64,000 bases of DNA from Polyangiales bacterium (GTDB lineage: Bacteria > Myxococcota_A > Polyangia > Polyangiales > JADJQN01): assembly GCA_964202905.1 (NCBI GenBank), contig CAXNJO010000001.1, positions 672,001 to 736,000 of the forward strand, written 5' to 3'. The notes under the pieces were generated by a model, which did no database searches, was not told the DNA's origin, and worked only from the letters and a program-made list of their open reading frames with translations. The position numbers and the translations under genes were made by a program. Numbering within the stretch: the stretch's first letter is position 1; the number at the start of each line of letters is the position of its first letter. Shown piece after piece: positions 53,034 to 63,544 of the stretch.

Positions 53034-53735
53034 ATGCCCGCCGACACGCTCACCCCCACCGTCCGTGTTCGCTATTTCGCCGCCGCGCGGGATCTCGCCG
53101 GCTGCGCCGAAGAGCCCTTCGTGCTCGACCCCGACACGCGCACCGCGGGCGCGCTGCTCGCGCACGTCTATGCGCGCCACCCCGCGCTCGCCCCGCACGC
53201 CGCGAAGCTGCGCGTCGCGCTCGACGGCGAGCTTTGTGACCTCGACGCGCCCCTCGCTGCCGGCAGCGAACTCGTCTTGCTCCCGCCTGTCGCGGGCGGG
53301 GCTCCCGCCTCCGCGCGCGTCCGTCGCGCTGAACTCAGCACAGCGCCGCTCTCCCTCGACCTCTGCGTGCGCGACGTCTCGCACCCGGCCGCAGGCGGAA
53401 TCGCCACCTTTCTCGGCGTCGTGCGCGACCACGCCGATGGCCTCGCCGTCACGCGCCTCGACTACGAAGCCTGGACGGAGCGCGCCGCCCCCATGCTCCG
53501 CCGCGTCCTCGAGACCGTCGCCGAATCGCATCCCGGCGCCTGGCTCTCGGCGCAGCACCGCACGGGCTCGCTCACCATCGGCGACACCGCCGTCGTCGTC
53601 GCCGCCTCCGCCCCGCATCGCGCAGAAGCCTTTGCCGCCTGCCGCGCCGCCATCGATCTGCTCAAGGCCACGGTGCCCATCTGGAAACGCGAGTGGACGC
53701 CCGATGGCGAAGCCCGTTGGGTCGGGTGGGAGTGA
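53034..53735 (+). CDS. moaE: Molybdopterin synthase MoaD-MoaE fusion (MoaX-type)
   Basis: VRYFAAARD…LPPVAGG (MoaD) followed by GGIATFLGVVR, LDYEA, HRTG, SAPHR.EAF and K..VPIWKRE (MoaE). Confidence 0.93.
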   Translation: MPADTLTPTVRVRYFAAARDLAGCAEEPFVLDPDTRTAGALLAHVYARHPALAPHAAKLRVALDGELCDLDAPLAAGSELVLLPPVAGGAPASARVRRAELSTAPLSLDLCVRDVSHPAAGGIATFLGVVRDHADGLAVTRLDYEAWTERAAPMLRRVLETVAESHPGAWLSAQHRTGSLTIGDTAVVVAASAPHRAEAFAACRAAIDLLKATVPIWKREWTPDGEARWVGWE

Positions 53736-54139
53736 CGACACACCGCCTCTTCGTGCTCGACGGTGGCGGCGCGCTCGTGTCGGCGCTGCTGCTCGGTGTG
53801 GTGCTGCCGCCGCACGCGGACTGGTTTGGCGCGGCACCCTGGGCGCTGCGCGTGCTCGCGGCGTACGCGCTCGTTCTCGTCGTCGTGGACGGGATTGGTG
53901 TATTCGGCCGCGTGGTGGACACGACGCGCGCGCTGCGCGTCATCGCATGCGGGAACGTCGGATATCTGCTCTTCACGGGAGCCGTGCTGGCGAGCGATGG
54001 CGTCCCGCTCAGCGCCTGGGGCGTGCTGTACCTCGCAGGGGAAGCGGCCATCGTCGGCGCGCTCGTCGTGTTCCAACTGCGTGCAGCGCATGGGGAGTCG
54101 CCTCCCGTCGCCGCGAATCACGGCGGAGTGCAACGCTGA
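53732..54139 (+). CDS. Small four-TM membrane protein
   Basis: LFVLDGGGALVSALLLG…GNVGY…YLAGE. GTGA overlap with the moaDE stop. Confidence 0.65.
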   Translation: MTTHRLFVLDGGGALVSALLLGVVLPPHADWFGAAPWALRVLAAYALVLVVVDGIGVFGRVVDTTRALRVIACGNVGYLLFTGAVLASDGVPLSAWGVLYLAGEAAIVGALVVFQLRAAHGESPPVAANHGGVQR

Positions 54140-54266
54140 TAGAGGGACATAGTTCGTCCCTCCTGCGACGCATTCTCTCCCTCGTCCAAAGCATTGCTGC
54201 GCACGTGATCGGCAGTCGGTCGCGGCGCGATGCGTGGGTGACGCGCATGGCGCGAGGAGGGTTGCG

Positions 54267-54758
54267 ATGAGCGAGGAATCGAGCGGTTCGCGCGCGGTCG
54301 AAGGGCCGGGAGCCCCAGAGGTGGACTGCGCGTGTACGTATTGCTGTGCGTACTACGCGGAGGCGGAGATCGTCGAGTTCATCTCGGAGGGCGGTGAGCC
54401 GCTCTGTCCGCGCTGCGGGATCGACAGCGTGATTCGCGCACGGGAGCGCGGGGGCGTGCTGCCCGACGAGGCGGAGCTGCGCCGGCATCGGGCAGCGGGA
54501 TTCTGCATCCCTGAAGACGAGCCGATCGTGCCGATCGTCCGCATCCGCTGGAACAAGGTCTTCGCGTCGATGGACGCGCGCGCCGCGGGCGGGATGGGCG
54601 AGATCGACGAGGAGACCTGCCGCATGGCGATGGCCGAGATGTCCTCGATGGTCGGCGACGACTCGGACGACGGTGGCGAGGGCGCTGACGAGGGGGTTGC
54701 TGGCGACGACGGCGTGGCCGCTCTCGACTCCACCGACGCGGGGGGTGCGCATGAATGA
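54267..54758 (+). CDS. Small putative zinc-finger protein with an acidic tail
   Basis: CACTYC…LCPRCGIDSVI and a GAGGAGG RBS. Confidence 0.6.
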   Translation: MSEESSGSRAVEGPGAPEVDCACTYCCAYYAEAEIVEFISEGGEPLCPRCGIDSVIRARERGGVLPDEAELRRHRAAGFCIPEDEPIVPIVRIRWNKVFASMDARAAGGMGEIDEETCRMAMAEMSSMVGDDSDDGGEGADEGVAGDDGVAALDSTDAGGAHE

Positions 54759-55296
54759 GCGCGTGTCGGAGGAGTTTCCGGATTGGGACGACTTGCGCGC
54801 GTGGGTGGGCATCGACCCGAAGCGCGTGATCTACCGGAGCGATCACCTCGCCGGGCTCGGGCCGGATGCGCGGATGATCGTCGCGCTGCACGTGTGTGTC
54901 GGTCATCTGCGCTCGGATGGCGGGCAGTTCTTCCTCACGAATGGCGTGCTCGCGGACTGGTGTGCGCCGCTCGCTGCGGGGCTGCGTCGGCTCGGGACGC
55001 CGCGCGCCCGCGCCTATGCGAAGGCGCTCGCGCGCATGGTGGCCATCGCGGAGAAGGCGCGCGTGCTCGAGACGCAGATCAGCCGCGACCTGCCGGAGGA
55101 CGAGGACCCGGCGATGCTGGCGCTCAACGAGTTTGGAGGCGAGCTCGGCTGGATCGCCCATCGGATCGACGATCTCGACGAGGCGCTGCGCTGGGATGTC
55201 GTGAATCGGCTCGATGGGAAGCGCCCGCGCCCGAGCAAGCGTCCGTGGCCGAAGGTCCCGCGCCCGAGCAAGGCCGTGCGGCGCGCGTGGGGATGA
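54751..55296 (+). CDS. Hypothetical protein (possibly DUF4375/DMP19-like)
   Basis: Overlaps the upstream stop. SDGGQFFLTN resembles the NGG..QFF.N motif. Confidence 0.45.
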   Translation: MNERVSEEFPDWDDLRAWVGIDPKRVIYRSDHLAGLGPDARMIVALHVCVGHLRSDGGQFFLTNGVLADWCAPLAAGLRRLGTPRARAYAKALARMVAIAEKARVLETQISRDLPEDEDPAMLALNEFGGELGWIAHRIDDLDEALRWDVVNRLDGKRPRPSKRPWPKVPRPSKAVRRAWG

Positions 55297-55341
55297 GCGC
55301 GGTCGTGCGCTGAGGCGGTGCGCAGCGGTGCGCCGTGGGGC

Positions 55342-55944
55342 TCAGGGGCGCGTCGCGGTCGCGAGGAAGATCGTGTAGGGGCGGGTCTCCTTCACGAGGG
55401 GACACGCCGTCTCGATCGCGATCTCGGTGAAGCCCGCGTCCGCCATCGACGCTGCGAGCCGCGCGCGGTCGAAGCCGTGGTGGTACACGCCCTCGGTGCC
55501 GGGCGGGTGGAAGTCGCCGGCCTCGCGGTCGAGGTCCGCGAGCGCGAGGCGGCCGCCGGGCTCGAGGTGCGCGAAGAGCGCGCGCAGCAGCGCGTCGGTG
55601 TCGGCGACGTGGTGGAGCGCCATCGCGCTGACGACGCGCGTCACGCGGCGATCGAGCGGGGTCGTGAGCAGGTCCTGGCAGATCGGCTCGACCTTGCCGT
55701 GCAGCGCGGGTTTGGCGGCGAGCTGCGCGAGCATCGCGGGGGAGACGTCGACCGCGAGGACGGTGGCGACCCCCGGCGCGAGGCGCTCGGAGAGCAGGCC
55801 CGTCCCGGCGCCGAAGTCGAGGACGACGTCGTCGGGGCCGAAGCGGACACGCGCGAGGAGCGCGGTGGTGACGCCCTCGGAGATCTGCTGCGGGAGCGGG
55901 CGGGCGTCCCAATCGGTGGCTTTCTCGGCGAAGAGATCGGTCAT
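55342..55944 (-). CDS. Class I SAM-dependent methyltransferase
   Basis: VLDFGAGTG, AVDVSPAML, SAMALHHV and LEPGGRL. Confidence 0.9.
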   Translation of the reverse strand: MTDLFAEKATDWDARPLPQQISEGVTTALLARVRFGPDDVVLDFGAGTGLLSERLAPGVATVLAVDVSPAMLAQLAAKPALHGKVEPICQDLLTTPLDRRVTRVVSAMALHHVADTDALLRALFAHLEPGGRLALADLDREAGDFHPPGTEGVYHHGFDRARLAASMADAGFTEIAIETACPLVKETRPYTIFLATATRP

Positions 55945-55979
55945 GAGAGGGTTTCTCCGGGTGGATTCAGAATCGGATT

Positions 55980-56155
55980 CTCGCGGCGCGCGAATGGCAT
56001 GCTCACAATGCGTGACTGGCACGCTCACGGCGCGTGAAAAGCGCGCTCACGGCGCGCGAATGGCATGCTCACGGCGCGTGACTGGCACGCTCACGGCGCG
56101 TGAAAAGCGCGCTCACGGCGCGCGAATGGCATGCTCACCGCGCGTGAATCTCGTG
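55980..56155. repeat. Intergenic array of 8 x 22-bp units with a 66-bp higher-order period and palindromic core TCACG-GCG-CGTGA
   Basis: Units cycle through CTCACGGCGCGCGAATGGCATG, CTCACGGCGCGTGACTGGCACG and CTCACGGCGCGTGAAAAGCGCG. Confidence 0.9.
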
Positions 56156-56244
56156 TATTCACGGCTGGACTCTCAGGATGTTGGTGGGTCGATGGCGCCG
56201 TTGCGGGAGGTGCGGCACGCGCTCTTCGCGTGTGGATCGCGAGC

Positions 56245-57555
56245 TCAACGCGCGGCGCTGCGGCCCGTGAGCCAGCCGGTGGTCGTCGCGCAGCCGAGGC
56301 CGGTGCCGTCGTGCGCCGGGTCGTGGCCGGCGAGGAGCGCGCCGCAGGCGTAGAGATCGGGGGCGCGCGGGGTGCCGTCACGGTCGAGCGCGCGGTAGGC
56401 GTCGTCGGTGGCGACGCCGGCGCGGGAGGCGGGGGACGCGCGGAAGGGGCTCGTGCCGAAGAGGGCGGCGGTGTCGCGGCCGGCGCTGCTCGAGGCGAGC
56501 GCGAGGACGCGTCCGTCGACGTGGACGGGGAGGCCGGCGAGGGGCTCGAGGAGCTCTCCGCCGCGGACGACCAGGCCGCCGCTCGTGTGCTTGCCCGTCG
56601 CGAGGATGATGGCCTTGCCGCGCAGCGTCTCACCGTCCTCGAGGGTGATGGTGGTGCCCTGCGGACGCGCGTCGATCGCGCGGACCCGCGCGGCGCGGCG
56701 CGCGCAGCCGCTCTCGCGCAGCGCGGCGTCGATGCGGCGCGCGAGGCGCAGGCCCTGCGGCCCGGCGAGCGGCGCGACGACCTCACCGACGGGGACGCCG
56801 ACGAGCGCGCGCAGCGCGGGGGCGACGTCGTCACGCAGCAGGCCGAGCAGCGGCGGCAGGAGGAGCGCCGTGTCCCCGCGCCCTGCGAGCGCGCGCCCGA
56901 GGGCCTCGGCGAGCCGGGCGAGGCCCGCTTCGCCGTCGGCCGCGGTGGCGCGCTCGTGCGGGTGCGGGAGCGTGTCGCTGGGCGCGGCCGTGATCGGGAT
57001 GGGCCGTGCCTCGAAGCGCCGCGCGTCGCCCGCGTGGGCCGCGAGATCCGCGAGCGAGGCCGCGACGAAGGCGCTCTCTCCGGCGCGTGGCCCGGGGAAG
57101 ACGCCGACCGCGATGCAACCGGATTGCATCTCGTCGATCGCGAGCACGGCGTGCTGCGCGGTGCCGGCACGGCGCGGGAGACCGAGATCCGTCGCGAGCA
57201 GGAGCCCCGGGCCGTCGAGGTCGAGGGGCCGGTAGATCGCGAGCGCACCGAGCACGCGGGCGTGGGCCGCGCGCACGGCCTCGACGAGGCCCGCGCCGAG
57301 CTTCGCGTAGGGGTGGTGTGCGTCGTCGCGGGCCCGCGCGACGAGGGCCTCCGCGAGCGTGCGCGCCGGGCGGAAGACCTGCTCGGGCGAGGCTGCGGGA
57401 TCCGTCGCGACGTCCCACGCGCCGCCCGCGAGCACGCTGGCCCCGGCGTGCGCGTCGAGCACCGTGACGCGCGCGCCCGCGTCCCGCGCCCCGAGCGCGG
57501 CGGCGAGGCCGGCGACGCCCGCGCCGATCACGATCACGTCGTCGGCGCGGCTCAT
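56245..57555 (-). CDS. glpB: Anaerobic glycerol-3-phosphate dehydrogenase subunit B-like flavoprotein
   Basis: DVIVIGAGVAG, PQGLRL, ILATGK..SGGL, EPL.GLPV, LYACGALL…G.GLG.A. ATGA-coupled to glpA. Confidence 0.75.
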   Translation of the reverse strand: MSRADDVIVIGAGVAGLAAALGARDAGARVTVLDAHAGASVLAGGAWDVATDPAASPEQVFRPARTLAEALVARARDDAHHPYAKLGAGLVEAVRAAHARVLGALAIYRPLDLDGPGLLLATDLGLPRRAGTAQHAVLAIDEMQSGCIAVGVFPGPRAGESAFVAASLADLAAHAGDARRFEARPIPITAAPSDTLPHPHERATAADGEAGLARLAEALGRALAGRGDTALLLPPLLGLLRDDVAPALRALVGVPVGEVVAPLAGPQGLRLARRIDAALRESGCARRAARVRAIDARPQGTTITLEDGETLRGKAIILATGKHTSGGLVVRGGELLEPLAGLPVHVDGRVLALASSSAGRDTAALFGTSPFRASPASRAGVATDDAYRALDRDGTPRAPDLYACGALLAGHDPAHDGTGLGCATTTGWLTGRSAAR

Positions 57556-59264
57556 TCCTTGCGACCGCCTGCGGGCACGCGCTGGCCCTCGAAGCCGAGG
57601 CCACCGGCGCCGAAGCGCGCGGCGAGCAGCTCCTCCTGCTGGGCCTGCGCGCCATCGATCGCCATCGCGCGGCCCTCGTAGCGCTCGACGAGGAAGCGCG
57701 CCGCGAGCAGGTGCGCCTCGCGCGGTGCGTAGCCGTGCTCCTCGGCGACGATCTGCGCGCCGCGGTGCGCGCAGCGCATGCCGCCGCACGCGCCGAGCCC
57801 GAGCCGCGTGCGGCGGGCGACGTCCTCGAGGGTGCGCGCGCCTTCCGCGCGGCAGGCGTGGCGCACCTCGCACTCGAGCACGGGCTCGCAGGGGCAGACG
57901 ACGGCGTGCGGATCGCCTTGTTTTCCCTGGGTCGCGAGCACGTCGCTCGCGCGCGTGCCGTGGCGGTAGACGAGCCTGCGCACCGCGGGCTCGGGCACGT
58001 CGAAGCGCGCGGCGACGGGGCGCGCGTCGGCGACGGCGTCGCCGCCCGGCAGCGGCGCGGTGTGCGTGGTGCACGCCGCCGAGACGCCGAGCTCGCGCGC
58101 GACGACGTCGGTCATCTCCTCGGCGAAGATGCGGAAGCTCGCGAGCTTGCCGCCGATCATCGAGTAGAGGCCGGGCATGGCGTCCTTGGCGCCGTGGTCG
58201 ACGATCTCGTGCTCGCGCGAGAGGGCGTCTTCCGCCGGGCCCCAGGCGTAGAGCGTGGGGCGCGCGCCGACGGTGGTGCCGATGATGCGCGCGTCACGGA
58301 TCGACGGCAGCACGCGCGCGACGCCCGACACGAGGTAGCGCACCTCGTCGGTGGTCGCGCGCATGTCGTCGAGATCGCCGAAGTAGTCGTCGTCCGTGGT
58401 GCCGATCCACGAGAGATTGCCCCACGGCATCACGAAGATCTGGCGGCCGTCGATCGCGTGCGAGACGACCGCGTAGTTGGAGACGCGGCGGTCGTAGCAG
58501 ACGTGGATCCCCTTGCCGGGGCGCACTTTCGTCGAGGTCTTGCCGCCGAGCCCGGCGGTGATCGGCGCCCACGCGCCGGTCGCGTTGACGACGATGCGCG
58601 CGGTCGTCGTCTCGCGGCGGCCGGTGAGCACGTCGCGCGTGACGACGCCGCGCACGCGGCCGGGCGCGCCGTCCGGGCCGGCGTCGCGGACGAGCCCCTC
58701 GACGGCGGTGTGCACGTGCAGGGCCGCGCCGTGCTCGCGCGCGTCGAGGGCGTTGAGCACGCAGAGGCGGTGGCCGTCGGTGCCCCACTCGTCGAAGGTG
58801 ATCGCGCCCGCGAGCTCGGAGGTGAGGCCCGGCTCGAGGCGGCGCACCTCCGCGGCCGTGAGGCGCGTGTGCGGCTTGCCGTGCTTGAGCGGCTGGAAGC
58901 GGTCGTAATAGCTGAAATACGCGTCGACCGCGGCCAGCATCACGGCGGCCTTGCGGGACTCGGCGGGGATCGGGAACAGGAAGGGGATGCGGAAGAGCAG
59001 GTTGGGCGCGATCGCCTGGATGTAGCCGCTGTCGCGGCAGGACTGCTCGGTGACGTCGGGGTGATCGGTGAGGTAGCGGACCCCGCCGTGGATCATCCCG
59101 CTGTTGTTGCCGCTCGCGCCGAAGGCGAGGTCGTTCTTCTCGAAGAGGGCGACGCGCAGGCCGCGCAGCGCGCAATCGCGCGCGACCCCGGTGCCGTTGA
59201 TGCCCCCGCCGATGACGATGACGTCGAACATCGGCCGGTCGTCGTCGCGCGTGATCGTCGCCAT
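57552..59264 (-). CDS. glpA: Glycerol-3-phosphate dehydrogenase subunit A (FAD) with a C-terminal BFD-like [2Fe-2S] domain
   Basis: DVIVIGGGINGTG.ARD…GASG..SGMIHGG.RYL, VNATGAW, GTTD, GGKL and CPCE…RRTRLGLGACGG.RC. Confidence 0.88.
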   Translation of the reverse strand: MATITRDDDRPMFDVIVIGGGINGTGVARDCALRGLRVALFEKNDLAFGASGNNSGMIHGGVRYLTDHPDVTEQSCRDSGYIQAIAPNLLFRIPFLFPIPAESRKAAVMLAAVDAYFSYYDRFQPLKHGKPHTRLTAAEVRRLEPGLTSELAGAITFDEWGTDGHRLCVLNALDAREHGAALHVHTAVEGLVRDAGPDGAPGRVRGVVTRDVLTGRRETTTARIVVNATGAWAPITAGLGGKTSTKVRPGKGIHVCYDRRVSNYAVVSHAIDGRQIFVMPWGNLSWIGTTDDDYFGDLDDMRATTDEVRYLVSGVARVLPSIRDARIIGTTVGARPTLYAWGPAEDALSREHEIVDHGAKDAMPGLYSMIGGKLASFRIFAEEMTDVVARELGVSAACTTHTAPLPGGDAVADARPVAARFDVPEPAVRRLVYRHGTRASDVLATQGKQGDPHAVVCPCEPVLECEVRHACRAEGARTLEDVARRTRLGLGACGGMRCAHRGAQIVAEEHGYAPREAHLLAARFLVERYEGRAMAIDGAQAQQEELLAARFGAGGLGFEGQRVPAGGRKE

Positions 59265-59329
59265 GCCCGCAGCGGCCGAATATGGGCCGCTGCGGGGCGA
59301 AGGCAACGCGTGTCGTGGTCGGGTCGCCG

Positions 59330-62300
59330 TCAGGCGCGGCGGCGCGCCGCGCGGCGGCGGAGGGCGAGCGCGAGCAGGCCGAGCGCGGCGAGCGCGGCGC
59401 CGCCTGCACCGGGCGAAGCGCCGTGTCCGGCCGCGCGGCAGGAGCAGCCCTCGGCGGTGCCGTCGACGGGCGGGACCGGGGTGCCCGCCTCGTCGCCGAG
59501 GTCCGCGCCGCCGAGATCCGCGCGACCGGCGTCCGCGCCCGCGTCGGTGTCTGCGCCCGCGTCGGTGTCGACGCCCGCGTCGGTGTCTGCGCCCGCGTCG
59601 GTGTCCGCGCCCGCGTCGGTGTCCGTGCCTGCGTCGAGTGTCGGCGCCCGCGTCGGGGTCGCTGCCCGCGTCCGGCACGCCCGCGTCCGGCACGCCCGCG
59701 TCCGGCATCGGGCGCGGCTCGCACGCGCTCACCGTGAGGTCGCAGCGGCGGTCGGCGGCGCAGTCCACGTCGTCCGTGCAACCGCAGAGGCCGTTGCCGA
59801 GGCAGGCCGCGCCGCGCCCGCCCGCGTCGCAGCGGCCGAGGTCGGTGGGTGCGCACTCGGCGCACGTGTTGCCCGCGCCCACGCAGGCCACGCGGCCATC
59901 CACGCGCCCGGCGCACGCGCCGTCGTCGCGGCACTCGGCGCAGACGCCGGCCGCGCCCGCGGACACGCAGAAGGGCTGCGCGGCGGAGCGGGCCGCGCAG
60001 GCCGCGTCGTTCTCGCACGTGGTGGTGCAGACGCCCACGGTCACCGCGTCGGGCGAGGTGCAGAACAGCGCCGCGGGGCAGCCGTGGCGCTCCGCGCCGA
60101 AGCAGCCGTCGATGCAGCGCCCCGTGGAGGCGTCGCAGATCCGGCCGCTCGTGGCGTCGCCGCACTCGGCGTCGGTCGCGCAGCCGCAGAAGGTGGCCGT
60201 GACGCGCGTGCGGCAGCCGACGCCATCGGCCGCGCCCGCGCAGAGCGCGTCGCCGCCGTTGTCGGCGGTGCCGTCGCAGTCGTCGTCCACGCCGTTGCAG
60301 GACTCGGGCACCGGCGCACCGGGCACGGCGCTGCACGCGGTCGCGGCGCCGTCGCCCGTGCAGACGCGCGTGCCGGACGCGAGGCACGCGCCGACGCCCG
60401 CCTCGCAGACCGCGCCGAGGTCGGCGAAGTCCTCGTCCACCACGCCGTCGCAGTCGTCGTCGAGCGTGTTGCAGCGCTCGGTCGTCGGCGAAACTTCACC
60501 ATCACAGAAGAGGGTCCCTGCGCGGCAGGCGCGCACGCCACGCTGGCAGATGCCGGTGTCGAGGCCGCAGGCGCCGCCCGTGTCGCTCAGATCGTCGTCG
60601 ATGGTGCCGTTGCAGTCGTCGTCCGCGCCGTTGCAGACCTCGGGTGTCGGTCCGACGCTGCTGCCGCAGATCAGCGCGCCAGCGACGCATTCGGTGGTCC
60701 CGAGGGTGCACGCCCCGGTCTCAGTGCCGCACGGGATGCCCGCGTCGGTGGACGCGTCGTCGACGGCGCCGTCGCAGTCGTCGTCGGCGCCGTTGCAGAG
60801 CTCGGTCGTGGGCGCGATCTCGCCATCGCAGACGACCGCGCCCGTGCGGCAGACACGGACACCGCCCTGGCAGGCGCCGGTGTCGGTGCCGCAGCTGCCG
60901 CCGACGTCCGTGGGCGCGTCGTCGACGGCGCCGTCGCAGTCGTCGTCGTCGCCGTTGCAGACTTCGGTCGTCGGGCCAGTGGCGCCGGTGCAGACGAGCG
61001 CGCCGCCGACGCAGGCGTTTGTGCCGGTGGCGCAGGCGCCGGTGTCGGTGCCGCAGGAGCCGCCCGCGTCGGTGGGCGCGTCGTCGACGGTGCCGTCGCA
61101 GTCGTCGTCGGCGCCGTTGCAGAACTCGGTCGTCGGCGCGGTGTCACCCTCGCAGGAGATGGTGCCGCCAAGGCACACGCGCACGCCCGTGGTGCAGGCG
61201 CCGATGTCGGAGCCGCAGGTGCCGCCTGCGTCGCTGGGCGCGTCGTCGACGGTGCCGTCGCAGTCGTCGTCGAGGCCGTTGCAGAGCTCGGCCGTGGCGA
61301 GAGAGGTGTTCGTGCAGCGGTTGTCGAGACCGCAGGTGTCGGCGGTGCAGGTGTTGCCGTCGTTGCAGTCGGCGTCGACGTTGCAGCAGCCCGCGATGGG
61401 CGCGTTCGCGCAGGTGCCGGAGGGCTCGGTGCACGCGTCCGCTGTGCAGACGTCGCCGTCGTCACACGACACGGCGGTGCCTGCGGTGCACACGCCCGTG
61501 AGGCACGTCTCCGCCCCGTTGCACGCGGTGCCGTCGGCGCACGCGGTGCCGTTCGCGACGACGCCGTCGGCGGGGCAAGCCGCCGCGCTGCCGGTGCACG
61601 ACTCGGCGACGTCGCACGCGCCGCTCGCGACGCGGCATTCGGTGCCTGCGGCGACGAAGGCGTCGGCCGGGCACGTCTTCGCGACGCCGTCGCACGACTC
61701 GGCGACGTCGCAGATCCCCGCGACCGCGCGGCAAACGCTGGTCGGGCCCGCGACGCGATCCACGCACACGCCCGCTCCGTCGCAGGTGTCGGGCGCATCG
61801 CAGAGGCCGCTCGTCGCGGCGCCGCACGTCGTCCCGACCGCGGGCAGCGCGCACGCCGCGTCGCAGCCGCACGCCGTCGTGCCGTTCGTGGCGCCGTCGT
61901 CGCACGTCTCACCGTCGTCGAGCGTTCCGTCGCCGCAGCGGTTGAAGGTCGAGCGCAGCACGAGGTCGTCGAGCGCGAGCTCGTCGCGGTTCCCCGTGCT
62001 GCCCGGCACGTCGTCCGTCGACCAGCGCAGGAAGAGGAACTGGCCCGCAGGGACGGCCGCGGGGAGCGTCACGCGCCGCGTGACAGACGACGAAGCCGAG
62101 CGCGTCCGCCGCGGCGCCCGACGCGTAGCTCGCGGCCGGGACGGGCGTGAAGGTCGTGCCGTCGGCGGACCACGCGAGATCGAGCGCCGTCGCCACGGCG
62201 TTGTCGTTGCGGGCCCAGATCGTGTACGAGAGGTCGGCGCTGACGAGCCGCCCGCCGGTCGTGTTCTGCAGGCGGAGGGTCAGCGTGCCAGGCGTCAGGT

Positions 62301-63411
62301 CGGGGCCTGTGGGCTGGAGGCCGAGCGTCGTCGCGCCGCTCGCGACCGCGAAGTTGTAGAGGCCGCCGGTCGTGATCGCGATGGCGCTGCTGCCGCGCGC
62401 GAAATCGCCGGCCGTCTGCGTGCCCCCGAAGGCGAGCGTCCCGTCGCTCAGGCCCGTCACGGCCCAGTTGCGCGAGTCGAGCTGCGTGGCCGTCGGTGTC
62501 GGCGACAAGCCCGCCCCCGCGAAGCCGCGGAACTCGATCACCGTCTTCTGTCCCGCGATCGCGGCGGGCGCCGCGTACGTCTGGAAGGTCGCGAAGTCGG
62601 TCGCGCCGAGGGTGAAGGGGTTGGCGCCGATGTTGGACGGCGCGGTGCCCGCGGCAACGCCCTGGAACTCGTTGGAACGGAAGGCGTTCGCTGCGTTGAT
62701 GAGCGTCGCGACGTAGTCGATGGCCGTGCCGGGCGCTGTGCCGAGGTCGGCGAGCGAGAGGCCGTCCACCTCCCGGTTGCAGGCCGCGCCGAACATCGCG
62801 CCGGGCGCGCGCGAGAGGCCCCGCACGAAGCCGAGCGCGCCGCCCTCGACGAGCGCGAAGACGCTCGCGGAGTCGTCGCGGAGCACGATGGCGAAGTCGG
62901 CCGTGAAGCCCGGCGCGAAGGTGAGCGGCGCCGTCCCGCCGCCCGTCCCGCGACCCGAGACGGCCGCGCGCCCGCCGTCGCCCGTGTCCGTGAGACCGCC
63001 CGTGCCCGTGACGCCGCCGGGGCGCGAGTCGACGTAGATCACGACGCTGTCGTCGACACCGAGGACGCAGGATTCACCCCCTCCAGAGGTGGTGTCCTCG
63101 ATCGCGATCGCGAGGTTGCCGGCCGCGTCGGAGTCGAGGTGCAGCCGCGTGCCCGCGCCGAGCTTGCCCCCGAAGCTCGTGTTGATACCCGTGGTCGATC
63201 CTGCGTATTCGGTGGCACCGATCGCGCCGTCGCGGACGGCGAGGCCTGCGCCGACGTCCGTGATCGCGCGGACCTGCGCGGCCGCGTGCGACGCGAGCGC
63301 GCCTGAGAGCAGGAGCGCGAGGCCGAGCGCGGACGCACCGCGCAGGGCGGGCGTCGATGAGGCGGTACGGGCGGACGAAGGGACATCGGAGCGCGGCGTG
63401 GCGTCGTGCAT
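59330..63411 (-). CDS. Large Cys-rich surface protein with MopE-like metal-binding repeats and a MYXO-CTERM sorting signal (frameshifts at ~62085 and ~59637)
   Basis: Signal peptide (…ASHAAA-Q), N-terminal beta domains, CGDG.LD.GETCDDG, disintegrin-like CDVAESC repeats, seven E.CN..DDDC(D/N)G repeats, a DAG linker, and the tail GCSCR…AALAALGLLALALRRR after frame repair. Confidence 0.82.
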
Positions 63412-63544
63412 GGTGGCTGGGCGACACGCTATCGGCTGCGGGCGCCGGCGGCAATGGCGACGTCGCGGCGCGCGCATGTGCGATTCGCGGGGGGCGGTTC
63501 GTCGCGCAACGAGCCCGACACGCCGCGGCGCAATGAATCGCCGT

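Noticed and set aside
55980..56155. Possible CRISPR array or mini-array
   Set aside because: The variable parts are only about 8 bp and recur cyclically, so this is a higher-order tandem repeat.
57552..62072. 1506-aa ORF that appears to fuse a Cys-rich surface protein to glycerol-3-phosphate dehydrogenase
   Set aside because: An extra base at ~59637 shifts the frame. The correct frame ends in a MYXO-CTERM tail with a stop at 59330, and glpA has its own ATG at 59264.
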